From Lophium mytilinum (Eukaryota): DNA of 25,189 nt. The notes beneath the pieces are model-generated. The model searched no databases and had not been told where the DNA came from. It was given only the letters and a program-made list of their open reading frames with translations. The position numbers and the translations under genes were made by a program. The stretch's first letter is position 1, and each line of letters begins with the position of its first letter. The stretch lies in NCBI GenBank assembly GCA_010093605.1, contig MU004201.1, positions 563,106 through 588,294 of the forward strand, given 5' to 3'. Shown piece by piece: positions 1 through 10,329 of the stretch.

Positions 1-191
1 AACATTATCAAATATCTATAAAGCAGTCTCGCTCTAACAGGAGAGCACCTACTAAATGTCGTTAAAGTTAATACGTGTTGGAAGGAAAGGTGATTATTAA
101 GCTGAAAACCCTCCATATAACGGAATCCACCCCTAGCCGCGTAATATAGCTAATAAAGAAGCCGTTTCTCTTCCTGCAAACTAACTGGATT

Positions 192-893
192 TTAAATGCA
201 GGCCGTTGCGTCTAAATATACAGAAATGCACCTAAGTTTTCTACCGTGGTTGCTTGCTGTAGTGAATGTCCCAATCTAACAACCTCCCTCAATCGAACAG
301 TGGGCAATAATGGTGGGAAACCTCCTTAATGGTGAGCATCTAGTAATGAACTAAGTGAAACATGCTGTAGTGATAAAGAGCGAGTCTTGCATTGTGCATC
401 AAGGAGTGTTGTAGATGAATGCAGTAAGGAGCGTATTTTGATGAATGAATGGAGCATCCGTTGATGGCGGACGATGGCAATAGCGCGCGAAGGTGAAGAG
501 GAGCGATATCCTGTGGCGATAGCTGGCAGGAGCGTTGTAGTGGTGAATGGGTAAAGCGTCTAGTATCAGTGATGGCTAACAACCTGTGATGATGGCTGAT
601 ATCTTATAGTAATAGCTGGCATCCGTATGGCGATGGCTGTGCATCTAGGAATGCATCGAAGAAGCCATCTAGGAAAGCATGCTAATGATGCTGGGCGCGA
701 GGATCTGCTATTAACACCCTGCAGGAATGGTCGGACGACCTGAGGCTCATGGTAGCTTTGAATGAAGCCGGGCTTATTACCTATTAAATGCAGGCCATTG
801 CGTCTAATGTTAGGTGGAAGATAAGCTAATATACGGAAATGCACCCACGTTTGCTACCGTGATTACTCGCTATGGTGATTGACCTAATCTGAC
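192..893. repeat. Dispersed direct repeat of about 90-110 bp (192-280 and 784-893)
   Basis: TTAAATGCAGGCCRTTGCGTCTAA..AATATACRGAAATGCACC..CTACCGTG..AATCTRAC is present in both; the second copy has an insert of about 20 nt. Confidence 0.85.
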
Positions 894-914
894 ACCGGAG
901 CAACTCTTATACCT

Positions 915-1180
915 ACGCCGAGGGGCTCACTTGCACAATCTGCCTGGTACGACTAATTGTGATGGCAAGAGTCACGGTTTTCCTCCTGCAAGCTATGCTA
1001 AGGGGCTCCTCGCCCAAGCTGCCTGGCGTGGCTAATAAGCGCGTTCCTCTTCATCTAAACCAACCGGACAACTCTCACGTTAAAGCTGTCTAGCATAGCT
1101 TATAAGGAACGCATTTCTCCTCCTATAAACAATGCTGAGGGGCTCTTAGTCCAAGCCGCCGGCTTAGCTAATAATAACGA
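915..1180. repeat. Degenerate 68-80 bp tandem array, about 4 units
   Basis: AGGGGCTC....CAA.CYGCC.GG....CTAAT at 921, 1001 and 1138, with a more diverged unit at about 1070; TTYCTCYT recurs at unit ends. Confidence 0.65.
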
Positions 1181-2060
1181 GAATTCGGCTTCAATATTGC
1201 CCTGAACAACGTCCTTTACAACAATCTCCTAGAGACGGCGGCAACCTCCCACCCAATAAAAGAAGGCTGTCATACGCCCACCATAAGAAGGTCCTGTTTA
1301 TCATGAACGGCTAAGAACGTAGTTGGATGGCGTATATTTTAATTCAAGGACTATCTCTAAATAGTAAAGAGTTTACGGGCTACAGCTCTAGAACTTTCAG
1401 GGAATATAGTTTAGGCGATAAGGCCTTCGGATACCTTCTGCGCCATTGAGTGTAATAAAGTCGCATTTAATGGCCCCAACTCTTAATTCATGCCCTCTAT
1501 TGAGGCTCGCTGGGCAATCTCCTGGTCTAGCTGAGACTGGAGAGATAAAGCTCGAGCTTGAAATTCTTTACGTCGAGTGCGCCTAAGGATTGTCAGTGTT
1601 GCCTGCGTTGTGTTGACAGCCTATTGGAGTTATATATCAATATCTTCCGCATTACCTAGCTAGGGACCGTTGGCGTATTGAACGCATGGTAGATAATTAT
1701 GAGCCTCGCTATAAGAAGCTATCTGGATCTCGTTATCACGTTAGCCTGGAGCTCTAGGTCCTGCGGGTTGACGCTGTCTAGGACGGCCTTAATAAGGAAG
1801 CATCTCGCGGAAAGGATTAGCCAGCTCTGTTGTCGGTTAGTAGCGAGCGGCGAGCGCGAGGTAAGGCCTTCGGAGACCTCGCCCCGCTCCAGCTTAGATG
1901 ATTCCTCCAGCCTAGACTTCTTTAGGCGCTCCGCCTCTTTAAGAGCCCATATCGGTTTCGGCGACAATAGATGCGGATGAGAGGGCGTATGGGGTTGAGA
2001 TTTGGGCAAGGCAGATGGGGTTGCGGCGGCAGAAGGTGGACTAGAAGAGAGCGGTGGGTT
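1180..2060 (-). pseudogene. Possible degraded gene with a coiled-coil segment
   Basis: ORF 1719-2009, followed by a CTGAC..TAG acceptor at about 1585 and then RTRRKEFQARALSLQSQLDQEIAQRASIEGMN. No family recognised. Confidence 0.3.
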
Positions 2061-2264
2061 TCAAGCTGTTTAAGACAGCCTTAAGCTAGGTAAGCCTCTC
2101 GGTAATAAGGTTGTGAAATAGATTAGCGACAGCGACTGCGAATAAGAGAGTGTATAAAGTTTAAGATATACGCAACGTTTTATATATATAGTTATCGCTT
2201 AAAACATTAAGGGAGGTACTTATTGCGACCTTTATATAGAAGGACTATAACGCGAACCTTTAGT

Positions 2265-4400
2265 ATGCTGCCTAGCTATGCCTCCCCGATTATATTAAAG
2301 AGGGCAACGCGAACCCGCTCCACTCTAGCAAGATTGTTAATCGAAAAGATTATGGGGTATTTCAACAAAGCGGAAGAAGACTCGAGGATCTCGCAATCGG
2401 CGATGAGGCGGTACGATGCGCTCGTAAGAGAAGAGAAGGACTCCGTAGACGGAACAAAAGATGACCAGATAATGGATTGCTTGATTAATATAGTTGTTTT
2501 GCGGCGCACGCCGCATGGACGTCCAGCTAGAGTCTCCTCCAGCCACCCGGGCAGTTTACAAAAACTCTAGGAGTAGGTTCCAGACGTATACCAGCCACAA
2601 GAAAACCCGGTACTTAGAGCAAACCGAAGTATTCTAAGGGGAAAGTGCCTAATACTAGTATATGCCCGTTCCTCCCCTTTATGCATCTTCCTTGGCTGCA
2701 GCCATTACCTGTAGATACACGTGGTAATTCTCTAGTGCCTATAAGGCCCTAATGTATACTACAGCGCTTACTAGTATATACTGTAGGTAGTTAGCTAGCG
2801 GGTGTTCTTATAGATATTAGGATCATTAATATCTTACACTAAGGCGGCCTCTTCTCCCGTGCCTACTGGCCTAGGAGTGCTAAATCTGCTAAGACTGCGT
2901 GCGTGGATATAGCACAATCATGCCACCCACAGTTATGCCAACTAGTGTTAATCTTAACTGTAAGCATGTATTGCTGTCCCGTACGGTTAAGCCCTGTGCT
3001 GTTATTGGGTCCGGAAGGTTTATGCAGATCTAGGGAAACTGCAAGCTGCAGAACGCTGCATTACTAGGTACTGTACTTTCTTAGCATCTACCTAACAGTC
3101 TTAGATCCCTGATTTCAATGTCGCCGTAGTATTTGTGCCAATGTAATGGTTTCTCGCGATAAGGGTTGGTGTAAAGAGGCGCAAAACGCGTTTGCAAAAT
3201 CGGCTCCCTGGGGCAACATCGCGAATAACGTCCTAAACATGTCTAGAGACTTTCGTTAAAGCGATAGTTCTGCTTATTAGACCCCGACGAGCTAATTGCG
3301 GTTAGCTTTATTAATTGTTGCAATGTATGTTCGAATAGTTAGCTCGTTAGGTGTGTAGTGTTTTTTAAGATAACCATGCCAGGTTGCGGAGAACCCAGCA
3401 ATAACTGGAACATTATATGCTAAAAGGCCTCTAAGGGCAGTTAACTCCCTAAATATAAGAATGCTTGGAAGCCAGGCGGCTGCATAGGTGGTGGAAATCA
3501 ATTGTCGCAAGAAGGAAGAGGCAAGGAAGATGGGCCGGCGGTTAACCCTTAGACCTCCGCTCTACACCGGGTACCCCCGAGGTTTAGCCCTGTCTGTCTA
3601 TTGCTCGGGCCTTTCTAAACCTACCTCTACCTCCCCACACTCCCTGCGCAGGGTGTTAGGAAGGCCCGAATAGCTGCTTAACTCTAATCAGACGTCCGGA
3701 CTTACTCTCGAGGAGTCCGCCCAGGCGTTGCGGGGCTACGCATCGTATCGCACGCATAGCAAGGTCTCCGCCATCCTCACCCTCTATTATCTCAACTTCA
3801 AGTACGCTCAATAACCAGTCCTGCGCTTGCTCATATAAGCATTAGCGGACGCGACCTTACGCAGTATACCTATTATCCGGAACTAACTTGCAAATAAGAG
3901 GCTAATAGAGGCTGCAGGACTATTCGACAGCCTTGCGTATGTTAGCTAATACTAGAGAGTTAAAGCTTAAGAGATCTACTGCAAGGTAAAGGAGCTGCTA
4001 ATTAAGAAGGGCAATATATTAGATTAGCCGCATGCGATTTTAATACACCGAGACCTCGCTGCAGCTTTAACGATATATATAGTGGCTTGTACTACCCCCA
4101 GACTATCTATTACTACTTAGCAGCAGCGTTGTTGCGAACTGCCTGCGCCGCGTTAGAATACATAGCCCTCGGTCTACGTAACCCCGTCACCAACCGCCCA
4201 TTTTCCATCGCGTCGCAATTCCCGACTACTACCTTACGAAGCTTGCGGAGACTCGAGCAATAGCTAGAATATACTTGCCTATAGATCCTACCCGAACGAG
4301 CTATAATATCTGCTAAAAGACCTCTCTAGGCAATTGTCTCGCGCCCGCTAAGATAAGTATCGGCGGGGGCGACCTTCACTAGTACGCCCGCCACCCGGAG
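2265..4400 (+). pseudogene. Degraded gene of unknown product
   Basis: Open frame 2265-2570 (..EKIMGYFNKAEEDSRISQSAMRRYDALVREEK..), branch point/acceptor CTAAC..TAG at 3092-3104, and a protein-like frame from about 3488 onward (..LEESAQALRGYASYRTHSKVSAILTLYYLNFKY..) with TAA/TAG stops. Exon structure unresolved. Confidence 0.4.
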
Positions 4401-4577
4401 CCGAATCGCAATTAAAAGGCTAATGGAGGGGTTTCACTTTAAGAATCCGTAGCGAGTGTGATCTAATGAAAATTGCTAGCATTAGTGGTCTTTTCTAAAG
4501 AACGCTTGTATGCAGTTACAACAAAGCCTTAATGGCCGGTAAGAGTGCACGGGGGAGGAGAGTAGTAGGGGCTCACG

Positions 4578-4940
4578 TCGTAATGCTACACTTTGGAAGT
4601 CCGGAGCGGGAAGGGGGGAGAGGGGAAAGGGAAAAGGGCAGCGGGCCGCTCCCATTGTGATGCTGCCTGCACTTTAAGAGTCCGGAGTGGGAAGGGGGAG
4701 AGGGGGAAAGGGAAGCGGGCCACTTCTATTGTAATGCTGCACTTGGAGATTCCAAAGCAAAGAGGCCCCCGAGGAGAGGGGAAAAGGGAGAAGGGAGCGG
4801 GACGCTCCTATCGTGATGCTGCACTATAAGGTTCCGGAGCGGAGAGGGCGGAGAGGGAAAGGGGAGAGGGGAGCGGGCCGCTCGCATCGTGATGCTGCAC
4901 TTTAAGATTCCGGAGCGGAGAGGGGAGGGAGGGGAAAGGA
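4578..4940. repeat. Tandem array of five 74-82 bp units with a conserved core and G/A-rich tract
   Basis: Core TYGTRATGCTGCACTTTRAGRTTCCGGAGCGG at 4578, 4655, 4729, 4811 and 4887, each followed by GGG-run purine tracts. Confidence 0.9.
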
Positions 4941-5610
4941 AATGTTGTCCTTTGTTAGAACTATGTGGTCTTATTGGCGTATAACTTTGAATAGTTATAG
5001 TTGTGTTAGTTATTAAACGTGCTAATCGTAAAGATAATGTAATGGATTAGTGTTATATTTAAAGTCTTGTAAAGGAGTGCCGGCCTTACTATAGCACGGC
5101 GGTATAAGCCTCTACTAAGGGTGGTGAAATATTATTTAGATTATAAAAACTTTGCATTTATTACGCAGGAGATACTATGGTGGACGTGTAAGAGTTATAA
5201 TCTCCTACTAGCATATACTTGGGTAAGATCTAGTAATATAGGCTACGGATAGATGATGTAATGTGGAGATGACGCTGCATGTTAGCGCCAGGCCTATCCG
5301 GGGTTGGCGGCTGCACGGTCCAGTCTCGGGTTACACTACGTGCTTGTTTGCCTGTGGCATTTCCACCACAACTTTCTATATACTGTTGTGCTGTGGCCGG
5401 TAGCTATAGACTTTAGGTAGTGCGCAGGCGTTACGCGATAGTTTTATTAGTGTCTAATAGTTATATAAGCCTCACGTGCCGTAGCGGAAGTAACATGTTT
5501 ATTCTATCTCTAAATGGCGCAACTAATGGAAGGATAACCTAGTAAATGGAGTGCGATGGCTTTATTAGTTCGGGTTAGTTGGAGGTTAGAGGGTTTGGAT
5601 GTTTCATTGG

Positions 5611-5840
5611 ATGTTTTCTTTCCGTCTTGCCATGTTTTCTTTCCGTCTCGCTATGTTTTCTTTCCGTCTCGCCATGCGCTCATTTTGTGGCTCGCCATGC
5701 GCTCATTTCGTGGCTCGCCTCGCGCTTATTTCGTGGCTCGCCTCGCTCTCATTTTGTGGCTCGCCTCGCTCTCATTTCGTGGCTCGCCTCGCTCTCATTT
5801 CGTAGCGCCTCGCTCTTATTGCTCTCGCTCTCGTCTCTCC
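5611..5840. repeat. Compound minisatellite: three 21 bp units followed by about six 23 bp units
   Basis: ATGTTTTCTTTCCGTCTYGCY at 5611, 5632, 5653; then ..GCKCTCATTTYGTGGCTCGCC at 5674, 5697, 5720, 5743, 5766, 5789. Confidence 0.95.
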
Positions 5841-6111
5841 TACAGTTGCTCGCCGGTCTCCCTTCACCTAAGAGTTGCCGCTCTTCGTCACTCGTGTAAT
5901 GAGTCTCTCGGAACCCGAGCACTAACGGCCGTAGGCTTAGTATACAAAACAACACGTTAGTAGTTAGTAAACATCGCCAAGAAGAAGCGCGTTACCACGC
6001 ACGCTTTCTCCCTCTACGAGCCTCCCCCCACTTATGCAGCGCGAGCGGCAGCTATTAATATACTCCTTGTAAACCTCCTTATATCTGCACTAAGCCTCCA
6101 CTATTAACCTG

Positions 6112-7869
6112 ATGCAGAAACATTCCGCAATTACGCTTCCTACGACTCTCTTTTCTAATCCTCTTCCCGTCCCCAGCGCCGTCGGAACTAGACACCCGCC
6201 CCCGCAACAGTCTACCTTTTGGGCCGGAACTGTGACAGCATCTATAGGCCGTACATATACTTGTGGATGTGGTACAGTATTATCGCGCTCTAACCGATCT
6301 AGGCATCTCACACATCTTGAATGCCCTCGGGACGACAATCGTAGCTCCCCCAAGACACCCACGTATAAATGTAGCTGTAATAAAACTCTTAGTAGTTAAA
6401 ACTACCTTAGGAATAAACGCGGCAAGCACCGTGACTATTTATTTGTTAAAGTAGATCGCCGCCTTGCCATAACCGGACGAAGCTACAGGTGTAGATGTGG
6501 CGAAGTACTTAGTGTTACCTACAGGGCCAGACATCGCAAGGGCAGGCATTGTACGTGTCTAGACCCAGAGCGGTTAGGATTAGCCGCGGCCTTGGTGTTA
6601 GGTGGTAGTGCAAATTAAGAGGAGATCTAACGCGCGCATACTCTAGTATAGGCATCTATCGTGGACTACTCTAATAAAACTAACCCTAATTACTTTAAAG
6701 ATATTATAATTCTAATGCCGGACCTGGGCATGCACCCTACTGTCGCACACTGCCCTTTCTTTAAGCGCCGGCGGTTTTCCACCCTGCAGAAGCATCTGGG
6801 ACACGGTCTTGCATTTCTCCGCGTTGGCGTGCCTACTGTTTACTAAGCAATTACTATAATGGAGGTCCTAAGACCTAACTATCGCCGGCCGGTTGTCTAC
6901 AGGACACTATAATCACTCCTTGGCGACGAAGACTATCCGCCAGCATTCTATAAAGTAACTGACGAGGGCGCCTATAGTGCTATTGTTATAGTCGACTATA
7001 ATAGCGACCTTGCGTGCACTGTAAAGTTCCGACAACTCTCTAACTACGTGCAAAACTGGTCCACTGCCACCGGGCGCCGTTTGAGGCTTTTCCCCTCGAT
7101 TGCCGAAATGGAATGGAACAATGCCAAGGTCCACGATATTCTAGCTCTTAATAAGTTCGCGATGCAGGCTGCAAAGCTTGGAGACTGTAATTTAGGCTAC
7201 TGGCCTTAAACTTACTACAGCTATAACGGCGGATTATGTACCCTCTTGCGGCAAGCGTCTGTTCTCAAAGGTAGTTATAGTTTAGGATCGAACCATGTTT
7301 AATACCTTAAGCGCCGTCGCGACCCAAGGCTCCAGTGTAGATAGCGGGCAGACACTGTGTATAAGCGTTGCGAGAGTAGTGGTCTTAGACTTTATTTCTA
7401 TTAGGAAGCCGTCGCTACCTTTGCTAGCATCGGGGAGTTAAGGGTATTAATTGCCACGGTACCCAGCCTAAGTGGCTTGCGCGGCCGCGAAGCATGTGTT
7501 AAGAGCATTGTGCACACCAGCTTTAACAAGAAGAAGGTAGCCGTTACTCCGTTCCTCCCTGTAAGTGGCTGCGAGCCTTTCTAGGCACGTGCTGCTCCCC
7601 TTAACGTTGACAAGTTACGGGCCTATGCTCTTAGAGTGGTCAATTATCTTTAAAGTAGGGCAGATTGGAAAGCTTACTACGAGACCCTTAAAGTTGGAGT
7701 ACGATTAGATATTAGTATTTCGCCCGGGAAGAACCCCCGGTTTTTTGTAAACGAGATTACAAGATTTCAACAAGGGTGCTAGTTCTTAAGTTGCACTCCT
7801 TCGCCTCATCTTGGAGTAGTTAGTGCGTTTGCGAGAGCACTGCGCAATTATTTCCCTTCTCTTCCTTAA
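6112..7869 (+). pseudogene. RIP-inactivated gene: three N-terminal CxC zinc-finger-like motifs fused to an ATP-grasp-like domain
   Basis: One 586-codon frame with 13 internal stops, all TAA/TAG. YxCxC motifs at 6256, 6364 and 6484. ATP-grasp-like motifs in canonical order: VLKGSYSLGSNHV (7261), YFY*EAVATFASIGELRV (7393-7446), GVRLDISISPGKNPRFFVNEITR (7696-7764). The true start may be ATG 6034, and the end is uncertain. Confidence 0.75.
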
Positions 7870-8499
7870 CTAGGGCGAGTACGTGGCTCGCGCTACAACT
7901 CTGTTAGAAAGGTGGCAACAAAAGGGAAGGTTCTATGTGCTTGTATTCGGGGTGCATGTAGCGAGAGAGTTGGTGTGCACCGCGTGGGGGGCTGGCGTCC
8001 ATCTAGCCATGGACGTGACTTTTGGGTTTGGGGATTATAACTGCATTATTGGTAGTAAAGCAGTTACAACGTTAATGTAGTTATGTAACATGGAATATAT
8101 TAGATCCGAACCGCCGACCTTAGCATAGAATAGTGCCACGCTCAGGCCGCTGGTATTATCGCCCCTTACTTTCACCAAACTCGTCGGATAAATACCGAGA
8201 TCTCTTTTGTAGTAGTCTTCTTAGTCTCCTCTTTCTTAAGATGCATGGAATGGAAATCCGCAGCTAGGTTTAGCCCCGGGCAGTTCACCTCCTTAGAGCT
8301 AAGTTGTTAGCTGATCCCGATGCTATCCTCTATGGCTCTTTTCCTTTTGCGTAATTGGATATTCATGCTTCCTTAAACGTATACGCCCAGGCGAGGGCTA
8401 CAGATTGCGTTACCCCATCTCTAATGATACTCATTTATCGCTCCGGAGTCCCGATAACGACCTATGACCTGGAATGCCCTAGGCTCTTCTAGCATTCTA

Positions 8500-9480
8500 G
8501 ATTATTATTACGCGTAATTCCTTCCATTTCTATAACGTGCAGAACTATCGCATGCCCCGGTCTTTACAGTTAAGAATAAGCTATCCCTATCTATGCGATC
8601 CCACGTCTTATAGACTATGGAATCTTCAATTGCGATAGCGGAGACAACAATAGTGAATAACGGTTGAGAAAGTAGATTTGGTCGAGTGGGCGCGCCGATT
8701 AGAGACAACGGACGCTACCTAGCAAGAAGTTAGTTGGCTGCGTTGCTAGAAGACTATTTTACTGAGTAGTGCTCTATGTAGGCCAAAGGTTAGCTTTTAA
8801 ACTTAATAATGGAAAGAACGGAGGCTTACAGGGACCGGGCGTTTAATCCCGAGTGCTCCAACCTGGTTCATGGAGCAACCGTAGCCACGTTCTTCGGGGC
8901 CGTTAACGTAGATAATGAATTGTCTAAGGTAGTCTAATAGGGCTAGCAAGGACCTGCTACAAAACGTTGCTTCTGCTTCCCAGGCACTATTTTGGTAGAT
9001 CCCTAATCTTCTACGCCGGGGTGTAATTCTTCTATATGCGGTCTTTAGTAGAACTGCCCTAAGACTGTTAAGTTTAAGCTTCTGCAAGGGTGCGATAATA
9101 TGACTGTGTCTTTTAAAATATTAACCGTACTATCCAAAGAAAGCTAGACCGGATTCAAGCTTATAGAGCGTCTCTGGTAATCTTAGTTCTTAAATGCTTC
9201 CGCCCTTCCATAGTAACGTCCTACCTCCTTAACCAACGTTAGTGGACGGACACGACGAGTATGTGGTAAAAAAGATCGTCTAGCGTAGCCGTGGTTAAAT
9301 ATGCTTGCAAAGCTGCACTGTCTACTCCATCCCGTTAATACGTTCTAGGAATCTTTTCGAAGATGCGAGGGTTGCACTTGTTGCGGTTAAACGGGTTATA
9401 AAAGAAGCGGTCCTCCGCGCTTTCCCATCTATTGTCTTAACTAGGTCCATTCTTCCGCCCGCCGTCTCCGTTAGTGCCAT
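8500..9480 (-). mobile_element. Highly degenerate Ty3/Gypsy pol fragment (RT thumb/connector and RNase H)
   Basis: Minus-strand translation gives SI*ELRLPETLYKLESGLAFFG*YG*YFKRHSHIIAPLQKLK (RT thumb-like), LDYLRQFIIYVNGPEERGYGCSMNQVGALGIKRPV (like RNase H F.LYVD.S.E.G.GA.L.Q...ERPV) and, after a frameshift, YRNGRNYA (like HRPGR.HANAD). No YxDD, integrase or LTR recognised. Confidence 0.7.
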
Positions 9481-10114
9481 AGAGCTGTTGAGTGGATGTA
9501 AGATAATAAAAGCTACGTCTAGAAGTAAAGGTAGCTAGTCGGCTTGCTAGAAGACTGTTTCATTAATTACAGCTCCCGAAGTAGGCAGAAGTTAGATCTT
9601 ATACTTGAGATACGAAAACACGGAAGCTTCCCCGCGGGCTTGTTACCTCCCGTCACCGTGAGCGCCGAGTGCAGCGTCCTCGTGGCCCCATGCTCCCCCG
9701 GCCTATAGTTATCTTTATCTTGCGGTCTAGCAGTAATGCCCCCCAACATCTCAATCCTATATAGGTTTACGGCATGCACGCTGCTAACGAAACAGTCTTT
9801 TATACAGGGGGCTAGGAGGCCTTTTCCACGCTCTTAGAGTTTTTTGCGGTTGTGCTAGATCCTTCTTACTGGTCTTTAGCTTCTTCGGAATAAGAATCCT
9901 GGTGATGACGATGAAAGATAAGGATAAGGAAGATAGACAAGGTGTCGGGAGCTATGCCGCGCAATTTATGGTGTTTGTTAGCGTAACATAGAGACGGCGT
10001 ATGGGCATTTAAGAACGCCTGCACTAATGGTGGAGCTTGGAGACACGGTTGTTTTATGCCTTAAGAACACATTAAAGGCGGATATAACACCGGAGCGAAT
10101 GGAGTTGCACGGGA

Positions 10115-10297
10115 GAGAAGGGAGAGTGTTCCTATCCCTGGGAGCATAGATTGATATTGCGTGGATGCTAAGGGAGGGATTAGGGGGGGGAGGGGAGAGG
10201 AGAGTGTTTCTATCTTTGGGAGTATAGAGTGATGTTGCATAGACGCTAAGGGAGGGATTAGACGAGGTTAGAGAGGGGAAAGGGTTTCTATCCCTGT
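10115..10297. repeat. 78 bp tandem repeat, about 2.3 copies
   Basis: GTTYCTATCYYTG at 10128, 10206 and 10284; GCTAAGGGAGGGATTAG occurs twice. Confidence 0.85.
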
Positions 10298-10329
10298 ATG
10301 ACACGCGATGTATAGAAGGGCGTGCATGA

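Noticed and set aside
2223..4400. Possible Starship captain (DUF3435 tyrosine recombinase)
   Set aside because: No recognisable catalytic R/H/Y motifs in the frames examined.
4593..4829. 78 aa Gly/Lys/Arg-rich ORF
   Set aside because: It is a translation of the G-rich array, and the unit lengths are not multiples of three.
4578..4940. CRISPR-like repeat/spacer appearance
   Set aside because: The context is eukaryotic, the repeats are degenerate, the spacers are similar purine tracts, and there are no cas genes.
5556..5960. Four overlapping ORFs of 68-134 aa
   Set aside because: They arise from the stop-poor minisatellite and are open in several frames at once.
6090..7134. Minus ORFs 6090-6362 and 6913-7134, and plus ORF 6263-6454
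   Set aside because: They are shadows of the ZnF-ATP-grasp frame.
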